From: Chiloscyllium plagiosum
Taxonomy: Eukaryota
Assembly: GCF_004010195.1 (NCBI RefSeq)
Contig: NC_057719.1
Coordinates: forward strand, 65,989,049 to 66,053,048
Direction: 5' to 3'
DNA length: 64,000 nucleotides
Shown here: positions 53,406 to 64,000 of the stretch, one piece after another
Numbering within the stretch: the stretch's first letter is position 1
How the letters are laid out: each line of letters opens with the position of its first letter
Notes under the pieces: model-generated
Told to the model about the DNA's origin: nothing
Databases searched by the model: none
What the model saw: the letters and a program-made list of their open reading frames with translations, nothing else
Made by a program: the position numbers and the translations under genes

Positions 53406-55136
53406 CAGTGCATAATATGAACTGCTCTCTAAAGCCATAGACAAATAAAGTAGCAATCAACCTTACAAAAGATCTGAACAACAAAAAAAAACTTGTGTCC
53501 TTATTGCTTTCAAATTCAGCAAACCATAGCACAACGTGCAAGCACAGCCTAGCAACACAGGCAAATTCAGTGCATTTCATACAACTTCAGGATTACATAA
53601 CCCAAAAAAAACCCTGACAAGCTTGTTACAAGGCTCCTACACAATCTTTGTGAAAGGATATTTGATAAACTATTTGAGCTTCAGTCATGTTTTATGACAT
53701 GACCTTAGCCAGTCAGAGCTTTATAACACACTTGGGCATTCTTTTACTACATTTTTAACACATGCAACAGCAGTTGTATAATGCATCTCAACATTCAGTG
53801 CCATGGATTCTCCCTTGTACAATCCAATCTATCCAGTAGGTGTCTGAGCAAGTGATGAACATACTGCACCATTGACAGTCATAACAGTTTCAGGCTTTAG
53901 TTGCCCTCATGACATTTTTCAGGGGGAAGTGATATGTTTCTACAGGTGAAAAAAATTAAAACTGTGAAAAATCTATGTAACTCTTCAGTGTCAATTAGCA
54001 ACTAGTTAAAGAGGAAGGCTGACAAAAATCTAGAAGCTGGTTAGTTGTCCAAACTATCAATTTTCTCACTTTTTCGCAGGACATGGGCATCAATGGCAAG
54101 GCTGGTATTCGTTACCCATTCCTAATTGCCCTTCGTGGCCTGCTTGGGCATTTCACTGGCGAGTTAAGAGCCAGCCACGTTATGGTGAAAGTCACATGCC
54201 AGCCACAGCAGATAAGGATGGCAGATTTCAATGAATAAATCTGAAATTGAAAGTAAGTCACAGTAATAGGGACCATGAAACCACAGTCAATTGCTGTAAA
54301 AACCCATCTGGTTCACTAATATTCCTTAGGGAAGAGAAAGAGTCATCCTTACCTATTCTGATCTATATTTGACACTCAACCCACAGGAATGTGGCTGGCT
54401 TTTAACTGATCTCCAAGCCAATTAGGAAAGGGTGATAAAAGGTATAATTTTTAGAACAGCAAGTCTCTAATAAGTGGAAAGGATGTGGTGGTAAGTTGCA
54501 AAGTAAAAAGTTGCCATTGCCTTAACAGACTTTGGCAGCTCTCTCATGAGAGAGAGAGGGACGATTGATGGTTGCTTAACCTGAGGGTCACCACTCCTCA
54601 GCAGAGGGGAGAGGTTGAATATGAGAGTTCTTCATGGTAACCTCAGCCGATGTGGGAATTGAACCCATGCTGTTGGTACAACTCTGCAACGCAAACCAGC
54701 CCTCCAGTCAATTGAGCTAACTGGCACCAAATATGAATAGCACACAGTTTCTGAATTAGGAACAGAGGGAGATCTTTCCAGCCATTTACAGCCTTGATAC
54801 TCCATGCTAAAAAATGTAGCAGTTAAGTATCATCAAATGATCACCTGCGTTATGCATTCTTTCATTCTCTGCACCAAACACAAGCTAATGACAGCTAAAG
54901 CCAGTCCACCTTACTCAAGCTCAAAAGGTACCTTGCCACTCATAGGAGCTAAGTCCCATTCCAGTTTCCCATGAAGAGCAGCAGCAACATATTTTCACCC
55001 TCAAACCTGCCTAATATAACTCATTGAGAAAACTTGCACATATTTTATAAAGCTTGGCAATAGCACATCTTGCAGAATGCAGCATGGCCACTTGTACATG
55101 AACTGGAAACCAGTCACGAAAGAGGCCAGTACTTAC

Positions 55137-55233
55137 AGCTAAATCCTCAATTAGTTTCTCCTCAAATGAGTACTCCTCTGTCTCTATCCATGATTTCTGA
55201 TAACTCTGAAGGAAGAGGTTAACAGCACGATGC
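55137..55233 (-). CDS. RYR3: RYR3 alternative (mutually exclusive) exon B, canonical (97 nt): (R)HRAVNLFLQSYQKSWIETEEYSFEEKLIEDLA
   Basis: ttcctag acceptor, GTAAGT donor, phase 2-0. Confidence 0.95.
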
Positions 55234-56077
55234 CTAGGAAGCGGGAGGGTATAGTAAAATCAGGAGGAGTAGGAGGTGAGACAGTTTCTTTTAGTAGATT
55301 AAGGGAGACTTTATTAATTTAAATAACAGATAAAAACCATTAGTAGAGCTTTGTACAACTCCCATTTTCTGATTGGTCAATGGTGTGCCATAATCTCAGA
55401 TGAATTTGAAGTGTGAATTACTTTCTAATGTCCTTTAGGGTTTAATGCTGAATAAAGTATGATTCAATTGAATAAGGAAAAACAGAGATATGCTGAAATT
55501 TGAATCATCTTAAACTCTCACTTACTATTAAAACTTCATAAATTCCATTTGTTTTAATTATAATTCATATTAAACTGCAACTATCTCAAGCATTGGAATC
55601 AGTGAACAAATGAATTATGATGCTTGAAGAGTCTGATTGAACTGGGTATCCCTTAATACATTTCCTTCACAATCTTAAAAATAATTTTGATACTCTTTCA
55701 CCTTCAGAGATCAAGTGGTCAGCATAATCTGTTTTACTGTTCTCTGTTATGTCTACATCGATAGTCATTGTAGATATACATCTACAATCAACATTGTGTG
55801 GCAGCAATAGCTTTAATTTATATACTGCCTACATGGTGGCAAAGATATCCCAAGACATTGAGCAGCTGAGTGCAGTGCAGATTATTTTTACATTTAAACA
55901 TTTGCACTGCTTTTTGCTTTTGCCATTTGGATGCAAGATTTGCAGTGATTTTTAATTGACTGACTGACCAATCAGATTCTGTAAGGTTCATTGTACAAAC
56001 TGAAGGCAGGAGGTGCGCAAAGGAGAGTGTATGAAAGGACAGGAAGCTGTGCCTATCAAGCAACTATTTTACTTTAC

Positions 56078-56177
56078 CGTCAAATAGACGATAAGACTCT
56101 CAAAGTCAGTGTTCTTATATAGCTTTTCCAGCCACAGATGTTGATAGGAGTTCAGGAAGTAAATGTTAATTTTGTGT
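56078..56177 (-). CDS. RYR3: RYR3 alternative (mutually exclusive) exon A (100 nt): (R)HKINIYFLNSYQHLWLEKLYKNTDFESLIVYLT
   Basis: cccttttctttag acceptor, GTAAAG donor, phase 2-0, open frame, homologous to the 97-nt exon. Confidence 0.8.
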
Positions 56178-56930
56178 CTAAAGAAAAGGGATACATTTTT
56201 TTTGCATGGATCAATTGAAAGCATAGATATTTTTCCTGAATTTTCTGTGGGATACTGCACTATACTAGGTGAATTAAAACAAAGCAGCTATAAATATTTT
56301 CTCTGTTAAGGTTTTACATATTACGGATGTTTTCATTTTAAGGCGGCACATAAATAAATATTTGTCAAAGACCTCACTCTGGTCATTCCATTAAATTATT
56401 TTAACTACATGTATTAATTACATTTTCATTTACACAGATGTTCTGTGTGACTTATAATTAATAGACAAAGTATCATGACTAGCTTTATGAAATGCCTTTC
56501 GACACTAAATATACAGTCTGGACAAATCACACAGTTAAAATGAATACATAAGTTGTTGGCTTGCATGTGATTTCTCACATGCCAATCTCGGGGTGGTGGT
56601 TAAGCTACAAAGAGAAATGAGTCTTCCTACAAGATAGGAGTGCAGGAAGGTACATGTCCTCATCATAACCACAGAGCAACAGAACATTTATTTACCCTTT
56701 TGACAGAGGAACACAGAATGGAAGCAAGTTTTAAGAAGATGAGATAACAACATGAATAATGGTTGGGCATGACTGTTAACCAGTGTGGGAAAAAGAAATA
56801 CTATATCCAATATACTAGCTTTACAAGGTCATAAATGAAAATGAAAATACAAGACCATATGATAAAGGGTAAATTGGAGAAACAATTGCTAATTTGTTTC
56901 TGACTACATGAACATGCAGCACACCCCTAC

Positions 56931-57043
56931 CTTGGCAGATTATACAATGGAGCCATCCTGAAGCAGGCAACCACTGCTCTCTTTCGTTGCTTGGATAACA
57001 GCCTGTGCCACCCTGTTTTCTTCAAGCGTAATGGCTGCTCCAC
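56931..57043 (-). CDS. RYR3: RYR3 exon (113 nt), calmodulin-binding helix: [37 protein letters not shown](R)
   Basis: AG acceptor, GTAGGG donor, phase 0-2; RyR CaM-binding motif [17 protein letters not shown]. Confidence 0.95.
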
Positions 57044-57473
57044 CTTTAAAAAAATAAACATAATTTACCAAGGATTTACTATTATTATTTTCATACCAAA
57101 ACATGATAGAAACCAATTTCTAAATTAAGATAAACAAGAGATGCACTATTCTCTGGTCAACATGCGTCACTCTGCTGTTTGCTTTACATAGAGGCATCGT
57201 GCCCATTAATTTATTTTTAAGAATTTGCTGGATTTGAATATTCCGTGCTCACTGAATTTGCCACAGCAAGTAAAGGCCGGCAATTAAAAAACAAAAGTAT
57301 CTCCTAATGACATGATATTTATTAATGTAATGTTAGGGTTTTAAATAAAATACTTCTGCCTCATTTATCTCTCACCCTTAATCCAATTTGAACAATCTTT
57401 ATTTTGCTTTCTGTCTTTCACCTAATTCTAACCATTATTTGATGTTTAGTGCTCCTTGGTTTAGTTTGTATGT

Positions 57474-57597
57474 GTCTCAGTGAGGGATTTTCGAATTGAT
57501 CCATTCAAGAGTCCCACTGCTGTTTGACCCAGTGTGTGTTGTCTCAGTGAGGGTTCTCAATCTGATCAGTTGAAGAGTCCCACTGCTGTTTGACCCA
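57474..57597 (+). repeat. Imperfect tandem duplication, ~67-bp period x2
   Basis: GTCTCAGTGAGGG...AAGAGTCCCACTGCTGTTTGACCCA twice. Confidence 0.85.
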
Positions 57598-57620
57598 CAG
57601 ATGACACAAATCCATAGTAA

Positions 57621-58158
57621 AGATTAGATTAGATTCCCTACAGCCATTCAGCCCAACAGGTCCACAGTGAGTCTCCGAAGAGTAACCCACCCAGACCAAT
57701 TACCGTACCCTATATTTATCACTAACTAATGCACCTAACATTATGGGCAACTTAGCATGGCCAATTCACCTGACCTGGGGAGAAAGTGAGGTCTGCAGAT
57801 GCTGGAGATCAGAGCTGAAAATGTGTTGCTGGAAAAACGCAGCAGGTCAGGCAGCCTCCAGGGAACAGGAGAATCGACTTTTCGGGCATAAGCCCTTCTT
57901 CAGGAATTCCTAAAGAAGGGCTTATGCCCGAAACGTCGATTCTCCTGTTCCCTGGATGCTGCCTGACCTGCTGCACTTTTCCAGCAACACATTTTCAATT
58001 CACCTGACCTGCACATCTTTGGATTGTAGGAGGAATCCCACACAGACACGGGGAGAATATGCAAACTCTACACAGACAGTCACTCAAGGCGAGAATTGAA
58101 CCTCGGTCCCTGGCACTGTGAGACAGCAGTGCTAACCACTGAGCCACCATGTCACCCC
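57621..58158 (-). mobile_element. HE1-type SINE interrupted by a family-1 palindrome
   Basis: SINE tail at left, head at right, body continuous across the insertion. Confidence 0.9.
57778..57995. mobile_element. Family-1 palindromic PLE mini-element with 16-bp TSD
   Basis: CAATTCACCTGACCTG at 57762-57777 and 57996-58011; spacer-less palindrome centred on AGGAATTCCT. Confidence 0.9.
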
Positions 58159-59208
58159 ACAGTTGTCACAGTAGATCAAATGCAGGATGAGAGTAAGCCT
58201 TGATTCTAAAGCCCGCAAGAGCCTTGAGGACAGCTGTCAGAGAGGTAGATGGTATGTGCTTTCCTTCCTCCTGATCACAACATCCTCGCCGTGGTTTACG
58301 TTTGGTTTAAGTACATTTTAATTGAATTTATTTTGCTTTCAAATTTAAGATGGACCTGTTACCTTAATGTTTTGCCTGTAGTCCTTACACATTATCAGCA
58401 TTGAATAGACAAGTTAATGAAAAACAGGCATTTGGATATAAATTTCATTATGAGTAATTAAGCACCTAAGATATCTCACCTTAAGCTATGGCAGCTTCGT
58501 AAAGCCAGAAGGGTACCTCGACACCAGTACTTTCCTCTTTGGCCAGGTAACTATTTAGTAGATTTATGTTCTGAGATCTCTTTATCGTCAGTATCTATTA
58601 ATTTACTTTATCTTTCCAACAGGGATTGTCCAATTTTTAAAATATACCATACAATATTACAGAAGACAGAACTATTTGCATTTGGCTTCACAAATTGCAA
58701 GGTTTCCAACAGGATTTGCTCTGAATCAAAACAATTCTGAGAATTCCCAGCAAATGGATAAGTCATTTTCCCCAAATCTGTTCAGTAATGAGTAATTTCA
58801 AACTTGTCTCAATTTCAATTATTTTGTAAACAGTGTATTAATCTTTTGGAGATGTTAATTGCAGTCCTGTTGCCTGATTGCACATGGAGATAAAAAAAAA
58901 CACAGCATTTAATGCATCCAGTTACTAAGCTTATCAAAAGAGTATATGAGGTCAACAATGAGTGCACACTGCATGTAGAGTCAGTATTCCTCCTAGCTGG
59001 GATATTTGCACACTTTTATGCAGCAGCAGCTGAAAAACCTTTGATTCTGTGAGGTGACTAAAGCACAATCTCATGGATAAAAAGTGAGTACTTTTGAGTT
59101 GACTTAATAATTTAAGAATTATAAATATTTCTCATTTTATAATAACTCAGTAATTATCCCAGAGTTCTCCATTACGATACAATTAAGTGGCCTATTCTTG
59201 TATTGATG

Positions 59209-59300
59209 TGGAGGTGCTGATGTATATTGAACAAACCTAGATTGTTCTAGCTACTCCAGTAGCTACCGGACGAAGGAGCATTACTCCGAAAGCTAGTACA
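59209..59300. mobile_element. Degenerate family-2 PLE mini-element
   Basis: TAC-CGGACGA-A-GGAG-CATTA-CTCC-GAAA-GC-TA-GTA at 59264-59298. Confidence 0.55.
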
Positions 59301-59433
59301 TTAATGTCTTGTGATTGTAGTTACAGGAGCCACTTTCATTTTGGCTAAGGGATTTAACATTTGTGCTCTTACACAGTATTGCCATCTTTGATAATGAATC
59401 CCTTAATGATTGCAAACACTTTGTCTAAATTAC

Positions 59434-59565
59434 CTGCTCCAAATGGAATATAGCAGCTGAAATTTTTTGCAGACGCTCAACAATCTTCTGAGGATCCATC
59501 CTCTCTTCTGGCTTGGCAATATCTTTATATAAGTTAAGTTGCCACCTAACTGCTGGGTCATCAGA
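59434..59565 (-). CDS. RYR3: RYR3 exon (132 nt): SDDPAVRWQLNLYKDIAKPEERMDPQKIVERLQKISAAIFHLEQ
   Basis: tgcag acceptor, GTAATT donor, phase 0-0. Confidence 0.95.
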
Positions 59566-60224
59566 CTGCATGGAAGAGTGAAGAATCAGTAATACAATGA
59601 CAATGAAGCAAAACGAGAGAGATGGAAGTAGATTTTCCACCTGAATCAAATAGAACATCATTCTGTCCTTGTTTCATAGGGTTGTTAACTCTACTTGTGT
59701 AGGCACATGATGTTTTGAAACCAGTTTCTATCACCTCGGCCGATTGTGAGAAAAAGCAAATTTAATTCCCCCTCTTGAGACATTAAGGATGTCAACAGAC
59801 CAGAAAAAAATGCCCTCCTTGCAGCTATAACAAGTTGCGGGTGGGTTATTTCACCAAATTGTGTGACTTGCACCCGTCATTGTGGAGGAAGACCTGCTAT
59901 GATGAACTGCCAGCCAATCCTAAGCAGTAGAGCCAGCAGCGCCACCAACTCAGTAATGGTCACTGCCAGTACTGTCATGAAGAAGACAGCATAGATCTTG
60001 GCCTAATGTTGGTCTAGGATATTGCAGGTTAGAGGATTTGGAAGTTTCGGGAGGAGTAGGGTTAGGAGGTCAGGGCTGAGATTTTCATGGTGGGTAGTTG
60101 AGAAATTGAGTCTTCAGGAATTGGGGATGGAGTGCCCCCAAAGCGCAAAGGACAACCCTACTGTATCTTCCTTTCTTTCTGCCATTGCTCACACACTCCC
60201 ACTTGGCTGCCCATGCCAGATATA

Positions 60225-60326
60225 GACTCTCCTGCTGCTCAGATGCTGCCTGACCTGCTGTGCCTTTTCCAGCACCACACTTTATCAAGCCTGACTCTCC
60301 AGCATCTACAGTCCTCACTATCTCCC
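60225..60326 (+). mobile_element. Family-1 PLE terminal fragment
   Basis: CTCCTGCTGCTCAGATGCTGCCTGACCTGCTGTGCC...CAGTCCTCACT. Confidence 0.75.
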
Positions 60327-60913
60327 AGATATAGTTCAGCCTTGTTAAATCTTAATTGGTGCTTAATTTTTTATCTACATACGGTAGGCTGGCCTTTCAG
60401 TGACTGCACACCCTGCATATTATGGGGTTGAGATTGAGGATGGGTAGAAAGATGGAGAGCTGACCACCCAGCCTCTATGATGTGCCCATCTGCTGAAAAC
60501 ACACCTTGATGGAGGCACAGAAAGTCCAACACATTGCTAAAGAATATTTGACTACCAAGCAGTCAGTCAGTTGGAGACTGTCTGGGCTAACTCTAACAAA
60601 ACAAAGATGTAGACTTTGAGCATGAGTCCTGTTTTGCTTTTGAAGACACTGACAGTTATGTTTTCAGTAAATGTCAGATCACAACTTCTTTATTATGAAG
60701 TGATATAGATTAAGTAACAAACAAAATCAAGGTGAAATAAAAACAGCAAATGCTGTAAAACATAAAAGAGTTTGGATTATCTGAAAGTTAAAACCTGACA
60801 TTTTATGTGTGACCTTTCAATATAACCAAAAACAAAATAAAGTTGCTGACATAAAATAAGGATAGGTATCACCTGTAACTTAAGCTAAAAGGATATGCAA
60901 ACATTAGCATTAC

Positions 60914-60973
60914 CTTAACCTGTAAATGCATGTTATTTGTAAGAAATTCTTTAACTTCTTCATCTGTGTCTTT
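60914..60973 (-). CDS. RYR3: RYR3 exon (60 nt): KDTDEEVKEFLTNNMHLQVK
   Basis: caacag acceptor, GTAATG donor, phase 0-0. Confidence 0.92.
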
Positions 60974-61062
60974 CTGTTGGTAGATAACACGATGGTAAGA
61001 AGCATTATACCATAATAATTCCATTACAAGACTGCAATACCTAAAGAAAAATCAAGAACCTT

Positions 61063-62570
61063 AGTACTCTGTGGGAAGCTAGGGAAGTGATTGCTGGGCC
61101 TCTTGTTGAGATATTTGTATCAGCGATAGTCACAGGTGAGGTGCCAGAAGACTGGAGGTTGGCTAACATGGTGCCACTGTTTAAGAAGGGTGGTAAGGAC
61201 AAGCCAGGGAACTATAGACCAGTGAGCTTGACGTCGGTGGTGGGCAAGTTGTTGGGGGGAATCCTGAGGGACAGGATGTACATGTATTTGGAAAAGCAAG
61301 GACCGATTAGGGATAATTGACATGGCTTTATGCAATGAAAATCATGTGTCACAAATTTGATTGAGTTTTTGGAAGACGTAACAAAGAGGATTGATGAGGG
61401 CAGAGCGGCAGATGTGATCTATATGGTCTTCAGTAAGGCGCTCGACAAGGTCCCCCATGAGAGACTGGTTAGCAAGGTTAGATCTCATGGAATACAGGGA
61501 AAACTCGCCATTTGGATACAGAAGTGGCTCACAGATAGAAGATAGAGAGTGGTGGTGGAGGCCTGTGCCACTAGGATCGGTGCTGGGTCCACTACTTTTC
61601 ATCATTTTCATCATGATTTGAATGTGAGCATAAGACGTATAGTTAGTAAGTTTGCAGATGACACCAAAATTGGACAGTGTAGTGGACAGCGAAGAAGGTT
61701 ACCTCAGATTACAATGGGATCTTGATCAGATGGGCCAATGGGCTGAGAAGTGGCAGATGGTGTTTAATTTAGAAAAATAAGAGGTGCTGCACTTTGGGAA
61801 AGCAAATCTTAGCAGGACTTATTCATTAATGGTAAGGTCCTAGGGAGTGTTGCTGAACAAAGAGACCTTGGAGTGCAGGTTCATAGCTCCTTGAAAATGG
61901 AGTTGCAGGTAGATAAGATAGTGAAGAAGATATTTGGTATGCTTTCCTTTATTGGTCAGAGTGTTGAGTACAGGAGTTGGGAGGTCATGTTGCAGCTGTA
62001 CAGGACATTGGTTAGGCCACTGTTGGAATATTGCGTGCAATTCTGGTCTCCTTCCTATCGGAAAGATGTTGTGAAACTTGAAAGGGTTCAGAAAAGATTT
62101 ACAAGGATGTTGCCAGGGTTAGAGGATTTGAACTATAGGGAGAGGCTGAACAGGCTGGGGCTGTTTTCCCTGGAGGACCGGAGGCTGAGGGGTGACCTTA
62201 TAGAGGTTTATAAAATCATGAGAGGCATGGATAGGATAAATAGACAAAGTCGTTTCCCTAGGTGGGGGAGTCCAGAAATAGAGGGCATAGGTTTAGGGTG
62301 AGAGGGGAAAGATATAAAAGAGACCTAAGGGGCAACCTTTTCACTCAGAGGGTGGTAAGTGTATGGAAAGAGCTGCCAGAGAAAGTGGTGGTGGCTGGTA
62401 CAATTGCGACATTTAAAAGGCATTTGGATGGGTATATGAATAGAATGGGTTTGGAGGGATAAGGGCTAGGTGCTGGCAGGTGGGACTAGATTGGGTTGGG
62501 ATATCTGGTCAGCTTGGGCGAGTTGGAACGAAGATCTGTTTCCGTGCTGTACATCTCTATGACTCTATGA
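61063..62570 (+). mobile_element. 5'-truncated CR1/HER1-type LINE with frameshifts
   Basis: RT motifs VPEDWRLANMVPLFKKG..PGNYRPVSLTS, FADDTK, LYRTLVRPLLEYCVQFWSP; CTCTATGACTCTATGA tail. Confidence 0.95.
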
Positions 62571-63081
62571 ACTGTTTGCATTATTAAATTACATTTGCCT
62601 AATTGTGAAATGGCACTAATGTAACAGTACAAACAAACCTTCAATTTAAAAATGGTATGAGTATTGCAACACATTTTGACTTAACTCCAGGAATCAATCT
62701 CCATATCTAGGGATACTTCACCACAACAATGAACAATAATAGCTAATCAGTCTCAGCTTCTGCTTTTTTTCTATCAATTTAGAGCAAGACATACTTGGCA
62801 AAAGAGTACCACACGAAGTAACAGAGGGAATAGTGGTGTAAATTAACGTACTGTAGAGATGAAGTGAGATGATAATATGTATTGAATCAATTCTGCCCTA
62901 GGAATATTTGACATAGATTTTGAGTACAAAAATAATCAGTATTTAATGTCATGAACATAAACTGAAGCAAACATTGAGAAAAAAACATTACATGCAAGTT
63001 TGCTATTCCTTCGAATTTGCTGAGAGTGTTATCTAATAAAGTTTGGATGGCATCGAACCAAGAAGAAAAGTGGAACATTAC

Positions 63082-63252
63082 CAGACTGTATCTTTGTTTG
63101 GCCAATGAGATTAATTCTTGGTCTCCTGCAGTGCACATATTTAAACCAATCGGAAGCAGCTTTTTAACAGCAGCCACAATCAGGGAGGTCTGTATTGAGT
63201 AATAGTCGCCTCTGCGTTTTATTTTTTTCCTTTCCTGGCCTTGCCCTTCAGC
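63082..63252 (-). CDS. RYR3: RYR3 exon (171 nt): [57 protein letters not shown]
   Basis: ttttag acceptor, GTAATG donor, phase 0-0. Confidence 0.95.
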
Positions 63253-63534
63253 CTAAAATAAATGAAATTGTGCACAGCAATGAGATGTTTTGTATTGGAA
63301 TTGTTTATCAGTATATCTTTATTCAGAGATTAAGAACTTAAATAGAGATAATGTCTTTTCTGGGTAATGTATTAGGAAAACAGGAATATTGTAATGCACA
63401 AACTGGTTTAGAGATATTGTGAATTCAAAGTATTGGCAGGAAATATAAATTTAACTCATTCACACTATTCCACATGTGGTGGAACCAGGATTGGCTTCTT
63501 CAGCCATTGGCAAAGTTGTGAGAAATGAAGATCC

Positions 63535-63764
63535 GAGCTGAAAATGTGTTGCTGTAAAAGCGCAGCAGGTCAGGCAGCATCCAAGGAGCAGGAGAATCGA
63601 CGTTTTGGGCATGAGCCCTTCTTCAGGAATGAGCCCTCCTGAAGAAGGGCTCATGCCCGAAACGTCGATTCTCCTGCTCCTTGGATGCTGTCTGACCTGC
63701 TGCGCTTTTCCAGGAACACATTTTCAGTTCTGATCTCCAGCATCTGCAGTCCTCACTTTCTCCC
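63535..63764. mobile_element. Family-1 palindromic PLE mini-element with 14-bp TSD
   Basis: AGAAATGAAGATCC (63521-63534) / AGAAATGAAGACCC (63765-63778); core CTGAAGA-A-GGGC-TCAT-GCCC-GAAA-CG-TC at 63639-63666. Confidence 0.88.
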
Positions 63765-64000
63765 AGAAATGAAGACCCATCAACTGAAATGGATTGCTAG
63801 CTGTGTCTCGCTCAGCTTTCACTGGTGAAAAGATGCTGAAACACCATTGCGTGCAAACATTCCCTTTCTGTTCCTTATGGTGCGTCAAGCTGACACATAG
63901 ATCTAAAGGCAGGAATTGCTTTTGAGTAATGAGTAGTCAAAGAGTAGCCATTTCCCCAAGTATATTCAGGCAATGAAAGCTTGCAAAATGTTTGGCTAAA

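Noticed and set aside
63253..64000. Upstream 15-nt ASI-type microexon
   Set aside because: I could not find a convincing AG-15 nt-GT match encoding the expected peptide; it probably lies outside the window.

Overview
Eukaryotic (vertebrate) genomic DNA. The repeat content (HE1-type tRNA-derived SINEs with (ATCTA)n tails, CR1/HER1-type LINEs) points to a cartilaginous fish, probably a carpet/bamboo shark; this is an inference. The whole window lies inside a minus-strand ryanodine receptor type 3 gene (RYR3). I resolved 30 GT-AG exons that chain in phase from the region just before the calmodulin-binding helix, through the central Ca2+-binding domain and EF-hands, to the TM segments before the pore. 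The pore exon and the 5' part of the gene lie outside the window. Introns hold HE1 SINEs, CR1, L2-like and Tx1/L1 fragments and many Penelope-like (PLE) remnants. Main highlights: (1) a pair of homologous, mutually exclusive exons (100 and 97 nt) right after the CaM-binding exon; (2) an 18-nt microexon whose 3' splice site has a perfect 12-nt antisense partner ~410 nt downstream; (3) three distinct PLE-derived families carrying minimal hammerhead-ribozyme cores, mostly inserted as palindromes with 14-18 bp target-site duplications. Exon boundaries were read base by base; repeat boundaries are approximate and family names come from recognition, not a database search.
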